Shown here one piece after another: positions 16,585-25,567 of a stretch of DNA of 40,908 bases. A program made the position numbers and the translations under genes. Below the pieces are notes generated by a model, which did no database searches, was not told the origin of the DNA, and was given only the letters and a program-made list of their open reading frames with translations. The stretch lies in NCBI GenBank assembly GCA_036391495.1, contig DASVZT010000001.1, positions 1 through 40,908 on the forward strand. The letters run 5' to 3'. Origin of the DNA: Candidatus Limnocylindrales bacterium. GTDB lineage: Bacteria > Chloroflexota > Limnocylindria > Limnocylindrales > CSP1-4. Every line of letters begins with the position of its first letter. Within the stretch, counting starts at the first letter, position 1.

Positions 16585-17550
16585 TCACGGCCGGTCGAGC
16601 TCCCGGTGGAAGACTGCGACAGGTCCGACGTCCTGCTCCCGCAGCCAGGCGGCGATCTCCTCGGCGATGACGATCGAGCGGTGGTAGCCGCCGGTGCAGC
16701 CGATGGCGATGGTCAGGCGAGCCTTGCCCTCCGACACGTAGCCCGGGATGGCGAAGCCGAGGAAGTCATGCAGGTAGTCGAGGAACCGGCCGGCGATCGG
16801 CTGGTCGAGGACGTACGAGCGAACCTCGTCGGTCAGCCCGGACGACCGCCGAAGCTCGTCGACGTAGTAGGGGTTCTGCATGAAGCGGACGTCGAAGACG
16901 AGATCGGCCTCGAGCGGGACGCCGAACTTGAAGCCGAAGCTGATGAGCTGGATCGCGATGCGGTCGGGCTCGGGCCCGCCGGCGAGCTGGGCAAAAATGC
17001 GCTCCCGCAGCTCCCGCAGGGACAGATCGGACGTGTCGAGGATGACGTCGGCCTGGTCGCGGATGGGATCGAGAAGTCGGCGCTCCTCGGCGATGGAGGT
17101 CGCGATCCCCCGCCCGTCCCCGAGCGGGTGCCGGTGCCGCGTCTCCGAGAAGCGGCGGATGAGGATCTCGTCGCGCGCCTCGAGGAAGATGACGAGCGGC
17201 CGGATGCCGCGGCCCTCGAGGGCGCCGCGCATCGCCCCGTAGGCCAGTCGAGGGTCGCCGGCTCGCACGTCGAGCACGATCGCCACGCGTCCGAAGCGCC
17301 CCGGTTCGCGGGAGACGAGCTCGGCCAGGCCCGGCAGGAGCTCTCCGGGCAGGTTGTCCACGCAGGTGTAGCCGAGATCCTCGAACAGCTTGGTCGCCGC
17401 CGTCTTGCCCGCCCCGGAGAGCCCGCTGAGGATGACGACCTGCTGCCGCGTGTCCGCCGGGCGCGAGGAGCCCGATCCGCCGGGCCGGGCGCCGACGGGC
17501 CCCCGGCCGTCGGTCGCGGTGTCGGTCGGCGGGGCGTCGCGGCTGTCCAT
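16585..17550 (-). CDS. rapZ: RNase adapter / nucleotide-binding protein RapZ (YvcJ)
   Basis: VVILSGLSGAGKTAATKLFEDLGYTCVDNLP...VLDVR...FGFKFG...DVRF..NPYY...IAIGCTGGYHRS. Confidence 0.92.
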   Translation of the reverse strand: MDSRDAPPTDTATDGRGPVGARPGGSGSSRPADTRQQVVILSGLSGAGKTAATKLFEDLGYTCVDNLPGELLPGLAELVSREPGRFGRVAIVLDVRAGDPRLAYGAMRGALEGRGIRPLVIFLEARDEILIRRFSETRHRHPLGDGRGIATSIAEERRLLDPIRDQADVILDTSDLSLRELRERIFAQLAGGPEPDRIAIQLISFGFKFGVPLEADLVFDVRFMQNPYYVDELRRSSGLTDEVRSYVLDQPIAGRFLDYLHDFLGFAIPGYVSEGKARLTIAIGCTGGYHRSIVIAEEIAAWLREQDVGPVAVFHRELDRP

Positions 17551-17652
17551 CGCTGCCAGTCTACGCCTCGATGCGATACGCCCCGCTCGGGGGTCGATGG
17601 AAGGACGATCGGCCGGGCCGCGGTGTATCCACGGCTCGGTCCCGCCGGAGGC

Positions 17653-18411
17653 TCAGCGACCGCCGGCGCGGACGAGGACGATCGAGAGCTCGTAGAGGAT
17701 GTACATGACGACGCCCAGGACGATCGGGCTCACGAGATCGCCGCCGGGCGTGACCACGGCCGAGAAGATGGCGATGCCGAGCACGACGTAGCGCCGCGAC
17801 CGGCTCAGTCGCGCGCTCCTGATGATCCCGACCTTCGAGAGGATGACGAGGACGATCGGGAATTCCATGGTCAGCCCGAAGGCGAGGAAGAGGGTCCCGA
17901 CGAACCCGAAGTAGTTGTCGGCCGTGATGAGGGCCTGGAGCTCGTTCGTCTCGAAGCCGAGCAGGAAGCCCATCGCGAACGGGAGGATGACCCAGGCGAC
18001 GGCGACGCCGATGGCGAAGAACAGGAGCGCCACCGGCACCCACGGCCGGGCCAGCCGGCGCTCCTGCGGGGTCAGGCCGGGCGAGATGAAGGCCCAGAGC
18101 TGATAGAGGATGACCGGCATCCCGAGGATGATCCCGACGACGATCGCCAGCTTCATCTGGATGAAGAAGGCCTCTCCCGGGCTCGTGAAGTAGAGCTTCC
18201 GGTCGCCGAGCGGAGCGCTCAGGAGGTCGATGAGGCGGCCGACGACCATGAAGCCGACGACACTCCCGACCGCCACCGCGAGGATCATCTTGAAGATCCG
18301 GGCACGGAGCTCGGAGAGATGATCGACGAGCGACATGACGCCCTCCGTCCCCGAGGGCGCAGGGACGGGAGCGGCGGATGCGGGTTCGGGGAGGGTGCCT
18401 GCCTGGGTCAT
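17653..18411 (-). CDS. tatC: twin-arginine translocase subunit TatC
   Basis: MSLVDHLSELRARIFK...FTSPGEAFFIQMKLA...YQLWAFISPGLTPQER plus 6 TM helices. The start may be the internal ATG (MSLVDHL, about 18336). Confidence 0.92.
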   Translation of the reverse strand: MTQAGTLPEPASAAPVPAPSGTEGVMSLVDHLSELRARIFKMILAVAVGSVVGFMVVGRLIDLLSAPLGDRKLYFTSPGEAFFIQMKLAIVVGIILGMPVILYQLWAFISPGLTPQERRLARPWVPVALLFFAIGVAVAWVILPFAMGFLLGFETNELQALITADNYFGFVGTLFLAFGLTMEFPIVLVILSKVGIIRSARLSRSRRYVVLGIAIFSAVVTPGGDLVSPIVLGVVMYILYELSIVLVRAGGR

Positions 18412-18471
18412 CGGACTGTCAGAGGACGCGCGACATCGGCCAGGGGCCGGCGATCGGCGTCCTCCGGAGGA

Positions 18472-18825
18472 TCAGGCCTGCTGATCGCCGCTTCGATCGT
18501 TCGCCGCAAGCGAGTTCGGAGCTGCCACAGCCCCGAGCGTGTTCGGCGCCGGTGCGGTGGGGACCGGCTGCGCGGCGGGGGTCGGCTGCGCGGCGGGGAC
18601 CGGCTGAGCGGGCTGCGCGGGCACGGGCGGCTGCTGGGCGGCCGCGGCCTGCGGCGGCAGGGCTGCCGGGTTGAGCCCTTCCTGGATATCCGTCGTGGCC
18701 TTGCGGAACTCGCGGATGCTCTTGCCGAGGGCGGCGCCGACATCCGGGAGCTTGCCCGGACCGAGCACGAGCAGCGCGATGACGAGGATGATGATCAGCT
18801 CGGGCGCGCCGATGTTGAACGGCAT
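18472..18825 (-). CDS. tatA: twin-arginine translocase subunit TatA/E with long Pro/Ala/Gln-rich tail
   Basis: MPFNIGAPELIIILVIALLVLGPGKLPDVGAALGKSIREFRKA is the canonical TatA TM helix plus amphipathic helix. Confidence 0.92.
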   Translation of the reverse strand: MPFNIGAPELIIILVIALLVLGPGKLPDVGAALGKSIREFRKATTDIQEGLNPAALPPQAAAAQQPPVPAQPAQPVPAAQPTPAAQPVPTAPAPNTLGAVAAPNSLAANDRSGDQQA

Positions 18826-18879
18826 GATGACTCCGATCTGGGACGCTCGCCGTCCCGGGGACTGCCTCGAAAGGCGGCG

Positions 18880-19779
18880 CTAGGGTAGCACAGGGAGGAG
18901 GCGCGACCAGCCTTCGGCGGCCAGCGCGACGCGCTCCCCGGGATCGTGCGACGCGCCTGCCGGGACGAGATCCGTCGCCCCCGCGGCCGCTGCCGCGATG
19001 CCACGCGAGACGTTGGCGAGGAGGCCTCCGCCCGTTCTCCCGCCGGCCGGATCGGCGGTCGCGGGACCCTCCGCGAGGACCGAGGCGAGATCGCCGCCCT
19101 GGGCACCGAGACCGGGCACGAGGAACGCGAGACCCGGGGCGAGAGCGCGCACGGTCGCCAGCTCCGACGGCGCCGTCGCGCCGACGACGAGGCCGACGGT
19201 CCCGCCCGGGCCCCAGCTCGCGGCCCGCCGCGCCACCCGCGCGTAGAGAGGCTCGGCGGGCGCGTCGTCCCCAGCCGGCACGACGAGCGACTGGAGCTCG
19301 CCTGCACCGGGATTCGACGTCCGGCACAGGGCGTACGCGAACCGGTCGAGGCGCTCGAGGAGCGGCGCGATCGCCTCCGAGCCGAGGTACGGATTGACGG
19401 TCACGGCGTCCGCGCCCAGGGCGTCGAAGAGCGCCACGGCCTGCTTCGCGGCCGTCGAGCCGATATCGCCTCGCTTCGCGTCCGCGATGAACGGCAGGTC
19501 CACCGGGAGTCGCGCGCGAAGCCGCTCGAGCGCTGCCAGACCAGCCGACCCGAACGCCTCGAAGAACGCCAGGTTCACCTTGACGGCGGCGGCGTACGGT
19601 CCCGCGGCGTCGACGAGCAGCCCGGCGAACGCCTCGACGCCGGCGACGTCCCGCGAGAACGCGGACGGGAACGCCGACGGGTCCGGATCGATGCCGAGGC
19701 AAAGGCAGGAGCGGACCGCCGCGCTGCGCGCCCCGAGGCGCTCCAGGTAGGCGACGCTGGAGACGTCCCCGGCGGTCAC
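18880..19779 (-). CDS. pyrF: orotidine 5'-phosphate decarboxylase (type 2)
   Basis: CLGIDPDP...AAAVKVNLAFFEAFG...FIADAKRGDIGSTA...DAVTVNPYLG. The GTG start overlaps the upstream stop (GTGA). Confidence 0.9.
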   Translation of the reverse strand: MTAGDVSSVAYLERLGARSAAVRSCLCLGIDPDPSAFPSAFSRDVAGVEAFAGLLVDAAGPYAAAVKVNLAFFEAFGSAGLAALERLRARLPVDLPFIADAKRGDIGSTAAKQAVALFDALGADAVTVNPYLGSEAIAPLLERLDRFAYALCRTSNPGAGELQSLVVPAGDDAPAEPLYARVARRAASWGPGGTVGLVVGATAPSELATVRALAPGLAFLVPGLGAQGGDLASVLAEGPATADPAGGRTGGGLLANVSRGIAAAAAGATDLVPAGASHDPGERVALAAEGWSRLLPVLP

Positions 19780-21011
19780 GGCGCGGCCGAACCCGATGCC
19801 GTCGCCGAGGGTCCGGCCGTCGGCGGCAGCTGGTCTGCCGGGATGTACCAGCTGGGCCGGGAGGCAGGATCGAGCCCGCTCGATTCCGTCAGCGCCAGGC
19901 TGTCACCGATCGTCACCGCGCCACCGGAGATGGCGACCTGGATCATTCGCAGGTCGACGATGCCGCCATCGATGTGGAGGAACGCGATCGCGTCGCCATT
20001 CGGCGACCAGGTGGCACCCCACGAGTGGCCGTCGTTCGTGATGCGCTTGACCTCGGTTCCCGTCGACGGATCGATGATGACGAGATCCGTCCCGAGGCTC
20101 GCCTGCTTCGTGGCGACGATCCAGCGACCGTCGGGAGACCAGGCGGGCCCCATGTACCCCGGCGCGGTCAGGACACTCGCCTTCTTCGTCCGCAGGTCGT
20201 AGCGCCAGATCGTCGGCCGACCGCGGGTGCCGTCGCGCCCGTCCATGACGTACAGCAGCTGCCGCGCGCTCGAACCCGGCTTCCAGGCCGGGTCCTGGTG
20301 CCCGAGTGGGGCGTTCTCGGGCAGGCCGGGATTCGTCATCTTTCCCGAGGCGACGTCCAGCAGCTGGAGGACGACGTCATTGCGAGTCGGCTCCGGGCCG
20401 TCGGACATGACAGCCAGTACCTTGCCCGACGGATCGGGCACGGGCTGCCGGATCCAGTAGAACCACTGGTACTGGCCGCCCGAGCGCGTGAATTTGCCCG
20501 TCGCGACCTCGTCGCGACCGCTGCCGTCCGGATGGACCCGCACGAGGACCGGGTACGTCAGGTCGTAATAGACGGGCGCGCCGCCGTATGGATAGATGCC
20601 GCGCTCCGTCCGCGTCTCGACGTAGTAGATCCAGCGCCCGTCGGACGACCAGGTCGGCATGGAGTCGTGACCCGACCCCGACAGCTGCGTCGCCTGGGAT
20701 CCGCTCTGGATCCAGATGTTGCCGGCCTTGGCGTAGACGATGGAGCCCGGGACCTTCGAGCGGGGGTCGACGATCACGACGTTCGACGGGGCCGGCGTCC
20801 GGTCGACGACCCCGTCGCCCCCGCCGGCCTTCGCCGGCAGGAACGGGATCCGGCCGGTGAAGAGACTCAGCGTCAGGACCGCCACGAGGACCAGACCGAC
20901 AGCCGCCGCGAGCGGAACGATCGGCGCAGGGCGGGCGCCCACGCCGTGCGGATCACCGGCGCCGGGACGGCCGGCGCCGCTGCGCGCCGGTCGGCGATCG
21001 TCCCGCGTCAC
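19776..21011 (-). CDS. membrane-anchored TolB-like (PD40/WD40-like) beta-propeller protein
   Basis: N-terminal TM helix followed by repeated motifs: PTWSSDGRWIYYV, PAWSPDGRWIVAT, ATWSPNGDAIAFL. It overlaps both neighbours by 4 nt. Confidence 0.8.
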   Translation of the reverse strand: MTRDDRRPARSGAGRPGAGDPHGVGARPAPIVPLAAAVGLVLVAVLTLSLFTGRIPFLPAKAGGGDGVVDRTPAPSNVVIVDPRSKVPGSIVYAKAGNIWIQSGSQATQLSGSGHDSMPTWSSDGRWIYYVETRTERGIYPYGGAPVYYDLTYPVLVRVHPDGSGRDEVATGKFTRSGGQYQWFYWIRQPVPDPSGKVLAVMSDGPEPTRNDVVLQLLDVASGKMTNPGLPENAPLGHQDPAWKPGSSARQLLYVMDGRDGTRGRPTIWRYDLRTKKASVLTAPGYMGPAWSPDGRWIVATKQASLGTDLVIIDPSTGTEVKRITNDGHSWGATWSPNGDAIAFLHIDGGIVDLRMIQVAISGGAVTIGDSLALTESSGLDPASRPSWYIPADQLPPTAGPSATASGSAAP

Positions 21012-22825
21012 CGGCTCGTCACCGTGGCTGCCGTGTGCGTCCCGGCGTCGGTCGCCACGCTCGCACGTTCCTGCAGCGCGCCCGCATCGCGCGTCGCGAC
21101 GTCGCGCACCTCGAGCTGGAGAGATTCGAACCCCTGGAACGTCCTGCTCGACAGCCGGCCGACGACGTCCACGGTATCGCCCTCGGCCAGGCGGCCGACG
21201 AGATCGTCGCGTCCGAAGGCGATCGCATCAATCACGTCCCGCTCCCGCCGGAGGGTGAGCTGGGTGTGGCCGCCGTTCGCCGGCCGGACGCGCGTCACGG
21301 TCGCCCCCAGGACGGCCAGGAGCGGCGGCTCGTTCCCCGGGCCGGTCGGATCGAGCAGGCGCAGCTCGCGGAGGAGCGCGTAGTCGAGCTCGCGCGCGGG
21401 CAGCGCGAGATCGATCGAGAGCGACGGCCGGGCATCGATCGGTCCCGCGACGAGCGCGAGCGCCTCGAACCGAGAGCGGAACTCCTCCCAGCGCTCGCCC
21501 GGGATCTCGAACCCGGCCGCTCCACGGTGGCCCCCGTACCGGACGAAGAGGTCGCCGCATGCGTCGAGTGCGGCCGCGAGGTCGAGCCTGCCCGAGTCGC
21601 GGCACGACGCCCGGACGAAGCCGTCCATCTCCGCCCCGACGACAGCCGGCCGGCCCGTCTCCTCCGCCAGGCGGGCCGCCACGAGGCCGACGATGCCGAC
21701 AGGCCAGGGCCCACGCACGACGACGGCCGCCGCGTCGCGTGCGACGGTCGCCGCCGCCTCTCCGTCGCTCGTGGCGGCAATCGCGCCGTCGACGATCGCC
21801 AGGCGGGCCGCGGCAAGGACGTCGCGGGTCAACCCGCGTCGAGTCACGTTCGCCGCTTCCAGTGCCGCTGCCAGGCCATCCGCCTCGGCGCGGTCCGTCG
21901 CGAGGAGGAGCCGGGCGGCGTCCACGGCCTCCCCCACCCTACCGGCCGCGTTGAGCCGCGGCGCGATGACATAGGCGATCGTCTCGAGGTCGACCGAGGC
22001 AGGAGCGACGCCGGCCCGGGCGAGCAGGGCCGCCAGGCCGGGCCGCGGCGCTGTGCGCATCCGGGCAAGACCGAGCCGCGCGATGGCGCGGTTCTCGCCG
22101 AGGATGGGTGTGACGTCCGCGACGGCGCCGATCGCCGCAAGCTCCGCGAGAGCGAGGCCTCGGGCGCGCCCATCGGGAAGATCGGCCAGCAGCAGGAACG
22201 CGAGCTTGAAGGCGATCCCGCTCCCCGCGAGGCGCGGATCCGGGTACCGGCTGTCCGGCCGATGCGCATTGACGACTGCGAGAGCCGGCGGCAGGGTCGC
22301 GGGAACGTGATGATGGTCCGTGACGAGGACCTCGATCCCCCGCTCGCGCGCGGCCGCGATCTCTGCATGGCTCGTCGTCCCACAGTCGACCGTGACGATG
22401 ACGGCGCGACCATCGGCTGCAGCCGCCTCGACCGCCCGCATCGACAGGCCGTGTCCCTCGTCGAGGCGACTCGGCACGTAGGGCGCGGCGTCGCAGCCCA
22501 CGTCACGCAGCGCCGACGCCATGATCGCGAGCCCGGTCAGGCCATCCGCGTCGAAGTCACCGAAGACGAGGATCCGCTCACCCGTCGCGCGCGCCTGGCG
22601 GATCCGGCCAAGGAAGACGTCGGCGTCCGGCAGCAGGAGCGGATCGTGGAGACCGTCCTCAGGCGCGGCGAAGAAGGCCGCGACGGCGGCCGCGTCGCGA
22701 ACTCCCCGCCCGGCGAGCAACGCCACCACCCGCCGTGACAGGCCGAGGTCGGCGCCCGCCGCGAGCGCGCCCTCATCGAGCGTCACGTCGGTCGGGAACA
22801 GCCAGCGATAGCGCGGTTCGAGCAC
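21008..22825 (-). CDS. recJ: single-stranded-DNA-specific exonuclease RecJ
   Basis: DHH motifs: ILVFGDFDADGLTG, VTVDCG, VLVTDHHH. DHHA1 motif: GGHRGAAGF. An OB-like C-terminus is present. Confidence 0.92.
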   Translation of the reverse strand: MLEPRYRWLFPTDVTLDEGALAAGADLGLSRRVVALLAGRGVRDAAAVAAFFAAPEDGLHDPLLLPDADVFLGRIRQARATGERILVFGDFDADGLTGLAIMASALRDVGCDAAPYVPSRLDEGHGLSMRAVEAAAADGRAVIVTVDCGTTSHAEIAAARERGIEVLVTDHHHVPATLPPALAVVNAHRPDSRYPDPRLAGSGIAFKLAFLLLADLPDGRARGLALAELAAIGAVADVTPILGENRAIARLGLARMRTAPRPGLAALLARAGVAPASVDLETIAYVIAPRLNAAGRVGEAVDAARLLLATDRAEADGLAAALEAANVTRRGLTRDVLAAARLAIVDGAIAATSDGEAAATVARDAAAVVVRGPWPVGIVGLVAARLAEETGRPAVVGAEMDGFVRASCRDSGRLDLAAALDACGDLFVRYGGHRGAAGFEIPGERWEEFRSRFEALALVAGPIDARPSLSIDLALPARELDYALLRELRLLDPTGPGNEPPLLAVLGATVTRVRPANGGHTQLTLRRERDVIDAIAFGRDDLVGRLAEGDTVDVVGRLSSRTFQGFESLQLEVRDVATRDAGALQERASVATDAGTHTAATVTSR

Positions 22826-22950
22826 GTCCTCAGGCTACCGCGGCCGGCTTCACGGCGACTCTCCTGTCGCTCATCGCGCGGTCGACTGCGCTCAAGCGCC
22901 GAGCGATCGACGGGGCGGCACCCGCGCCGATCGGTCGGACACCAGCAGGA

Positions 22951-24105
22951 TCAGGCGGACGCGCGTCGCGTCGGCCGCGCGGCGGCCAGGAGACGGCTCC
23001 GGCGCCGGTCCTCCCACTCCTGCCACACGACCACGAGCGGGGCGGCGTTGAAGATCGACGAGTACGTCCCGGACACGATCCCGATGAGGAGCGCGAGGAC
23101 GAAGTACGTGATCGCCGAGCCGCCGAACAGGAGGAGCGCGACGAGTGTGATGACGACGGTCAGGCTCGTGTTGATCGAGCGGCCGAACGTCTGCAGGATC
23201 GAATGATTCACGATTGCGGCGATCGGCTCGCCCGCGTGGCGCGCCTTGTTCTCGCGCACGCGGTCGAAGACGACGATCGTGTCGTGCACGCTGAAGCCGA
23301 TGATCGTCAGCATCGCCGTCACGAACAGGGCATCGACCTGGACATGGAAGAGCGTGCCCAGGACGGCGAACGTGCCGACGACAACGATGACGTCGTGGAC
23401 GAGCGCGACGATCGCGGTGACGCCGAACTTGACGTCGCGGAAGCGGAACGTCACCCAGAGCAGGATCCCGAGGGATCCGACGATGATCAGCAGGATCGCC
23501 TGGTTGATGAGGTCGCCGCTCACGACGGCGCCGACCGTCGTCAGCTCACGCTGGTCCGAGATCGGGCCGTGCTCCTTCTGGAGCGCCGTCGCGACCTGGC
23601 CGAGCGGCCCGGTGCTCGGGATCGGGATGACGGCCGTCGCCGGTGTTGCGCTGGGGGACGCTGACGGAGACGCCGAGACGGAGGCGCCCGGGGAGGCGGA
23701 CACCGCCGCCGATGCGCCAGGCGAGGCGGAAGCCCCCGTCGATGCCGAGGCGCCGGCCGAGGCCGACGGGGCCGACGGGGACGGCGAGGTGCTCGGCTGG
23801 GGCGTCGGCGTGACGTCCTCGAGCGGCGTAGCCGAGGTGCGGATCAGCAGGTAGCCGTCGCTCGTCCGGACGACGGTCGAGTCGGCCAGTCCGTTCGCTG
23901 CGAGCGTCGCCTTGACCTGGTCGGGGGTGACGTTCGCGTCGGCGAACTTGAGCTCCCAGACCGTCCCACCGGTGTAGTCGATCGTGAACTGGAGCCCCTC
24001 CTTGCCGCCCGTCAGGAGCGTCAGGAGGATGAAGATGAAGCCCGGGACCGTGATGAGGAGGCTGAAGGCGAAGAAGTACTTCTTCTTGCCGACGACATCA
24101 AACAC
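22951..24105 (-). CDS. secF: protein translocase subunit SecF (with low-complexity periplasmic insertion)
   Basis: LQFTIDYTGGT...GFSVHDTIVVFDRVREN...INTSLTVVITL. The start overlaps the secD 3' end. Confidence 0.9.
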   Translation of the reverse strand: MFDVVGKKKYFFAFSLLITVPGFIFILLTLLTGGKEGLQFTIDYTGGTVWELKFADANVTPDQVKATLAANGLADSTVVRTSDGYLLIRTSATPLEDVTPTPQPSTSPSPSAPSASAGASASTGASASPGASAAVSASPGASVSASPSASPSATPATAVIPIPSTGPLGQVATALQKEHGPISDQRELTTVGAVVSGDLINQAILLIIVGSLGILLWVTFRFRDVKFGVTAIVALVHDVIVVVGTFAVLGTLFHVQVDALFVTAMLTIIGFSVHDTIVVFDRVRENKARHAGEPIAAIVNHSILQTFGRSINTSLTVVITLVALLLFGGSAITYFVLALLIGIVSGTYSSIFNAAPLVVVWQEWEDRRRSRLLAAARPTRRASA

Positions 24106-25489
24106 GCCCGCGCGCCTCCCCGTACCGACCGCGCACCGCGGTCGGCCGCGTCGCGAACTCCTCCTCGGTCACCCCGAAGAGCCATGCCTTGCGGGCCGCG
24201 TCCTGCTTCACGACGTAGCGGAGGATCGTGCGGGTCACCGTGATCGCCGTGAACATCGACGTCAGGACACCGATGATCAGGACGAGCGCGAAGCCGCGGA
24301 TCGTCGACGAGCCGAACCAGAAGAGGATCCCCGCCGTGATGAGGCTCGAGACGTTCGAGTCGAGGATCGAGTTCCAGGCTCGGCTGAAGCCGGCCTCGAT
24401 GGCCGATGGAAGGCTCTTGCCGACGCGCAGCTCCTCCTTCGTCCGTTCGAAGATGAGGATGTTCGCGTCGACCGCCATGCCGACCGAGAGCACGAAGCCC
24501 GCGATGCCGGCCAGGGTGAGCGTCACCGGTATCAGCCGGAAGACGGCCAGGACGACGAGCGCGTAGTACAGGAGCGCTCCGTCGGCGATCAGGCCCGGCA
24601 GCCGGTAGTAGAAGAGCATGAAGAGCAGGACGAGCAGGATCCCGATCGCGCCGCCGAGCAGCGTCTGGGTGAGGAAGTCCTTGCCGAGCGTCGCGCTGAT
24701 GTTCGAGCTCGAGAGCTCGCGGATCGGGAACGGGAGGGAGCCGTAGCGGAGGACCGTGATGAGGCTGTTCATCTCGGTCACCGAGAAGCCGCCGGGACCG
24801 CCACCCGTGATGATCCCCGATCCGCCGGTGATCGCACTCTGGATGACCGGCGCCGAGACCACGGTCCCGTCGAGGACGATGGCGAAGAACTCGCCGACGT
24901 GCTTGCTGGTGTAGTCGCCGAAGAGCTTCGACCCCTGGTCCTTCAGGGTGAAGGCGACGGCGCGCGCTCCCTTGTCGTCGGTCCCGGGGTTGGCCGACGC
25001 GATCTGGTCGCCGGCGAACAGGGGCTGCTCCGGCGTCGGCAGCGGCTGCCCCTGGACCGCCTGCTGCTTGCCGGGGGCGCTGCCCGTGCCGTACACGGAG
25101 GCCGGGAGCGGGACGAAGTCGAGTCGGCCGGTCGTGCCGACGAGCTTGCGGATGGCCTCCGTGTCGGTGACGCCGGGCAGCTCGACGACGATACGGTCGG
25201 TGCCCTGCGTCTGGACGACCGGCTCGGCGACGCCGGTCGAGTTGACGCGCCGCTCGACGATGTTGCGGATCGTCTCGAGGTCGCTCGGGCCGGGCGTCTT
25301 GCCGCCGGCCGGGAGCGCCTGGTACTCGGCGCGCAGGCCGCCCTGGAGGTCGAGGCCGAGCCTCGTCTCCACCTTGCGTGTCCCGCCGTTGGGGTCCGCG
25401 AAGGCCGGCAGGTTGAGATTCGGCCAGAAATCCAGGACCAGCGCGGCCAGGCCGATGACCACGATGAGGATTGGGGCAAGACGTCGCAT
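24098..25489 (-). CDS. secD: protein translocase subunit SecD
   Basis: LGLDLQGG...VVELPG...ISATLG...GIAGFVLSVGMAVDANILIFER. Confidence 0.92.
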   Translation of the reverse strand: MRRLAPILIVVIGLAALVLDFWPNLNLPAFADPNGGTRKVETRLGLDLQGGLRAEYQALPAGGKTPGPSDLETIRNIVERRVNSTGVAEPVVQTQGTDRIVVELPGVTDTEAIRKLVGTTGRLDFVPLPASVYGTGSAPGKQQAVQGQPLPTPEQPLFAGDQIASANPGTDDKGARAVAFTLKDQGSKLFGDYTSKHVGEFFAIVLDGTVVSAPVIQSAITGGSGIITGGGPGGFSVTEMNSLITVLRYGSLPFPIRELSSSNISATLGKDFLTQTLLGGAIGILLVLLFMLFYYRLPGLIADGALLYYALVVLAVFRLIPVTLTLAGIAGFVLSVGMAVDANILIFERTKEELRVGKSLPSAIEAGFSRAWNSILDSNVSSLITAGILFWFGSSTIRGFALVLIIGVLTSMFTAITVTRTILRYVVKQDAARKAWLFGVTEEEFATRPTAVRGRYGEARGRV

Positions 25490-25567
25490 CGCCGGCGGAT
25501 GATACAGGAAAGGGATGGCCCGACGCCGAGACGCGACGCGTCCGAAGCGGCAGCGTTGCAGCCGCCG

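Noticed and set aside
13194-16670. 1158-aa plus-strand ORF antisense to gpmA, tpiA, whiA and yvcK
   Set aside because: It is antisense to four genes with strong family signatures. Its composition is dominated by R/A/P/G/D and shows no domain motifs.
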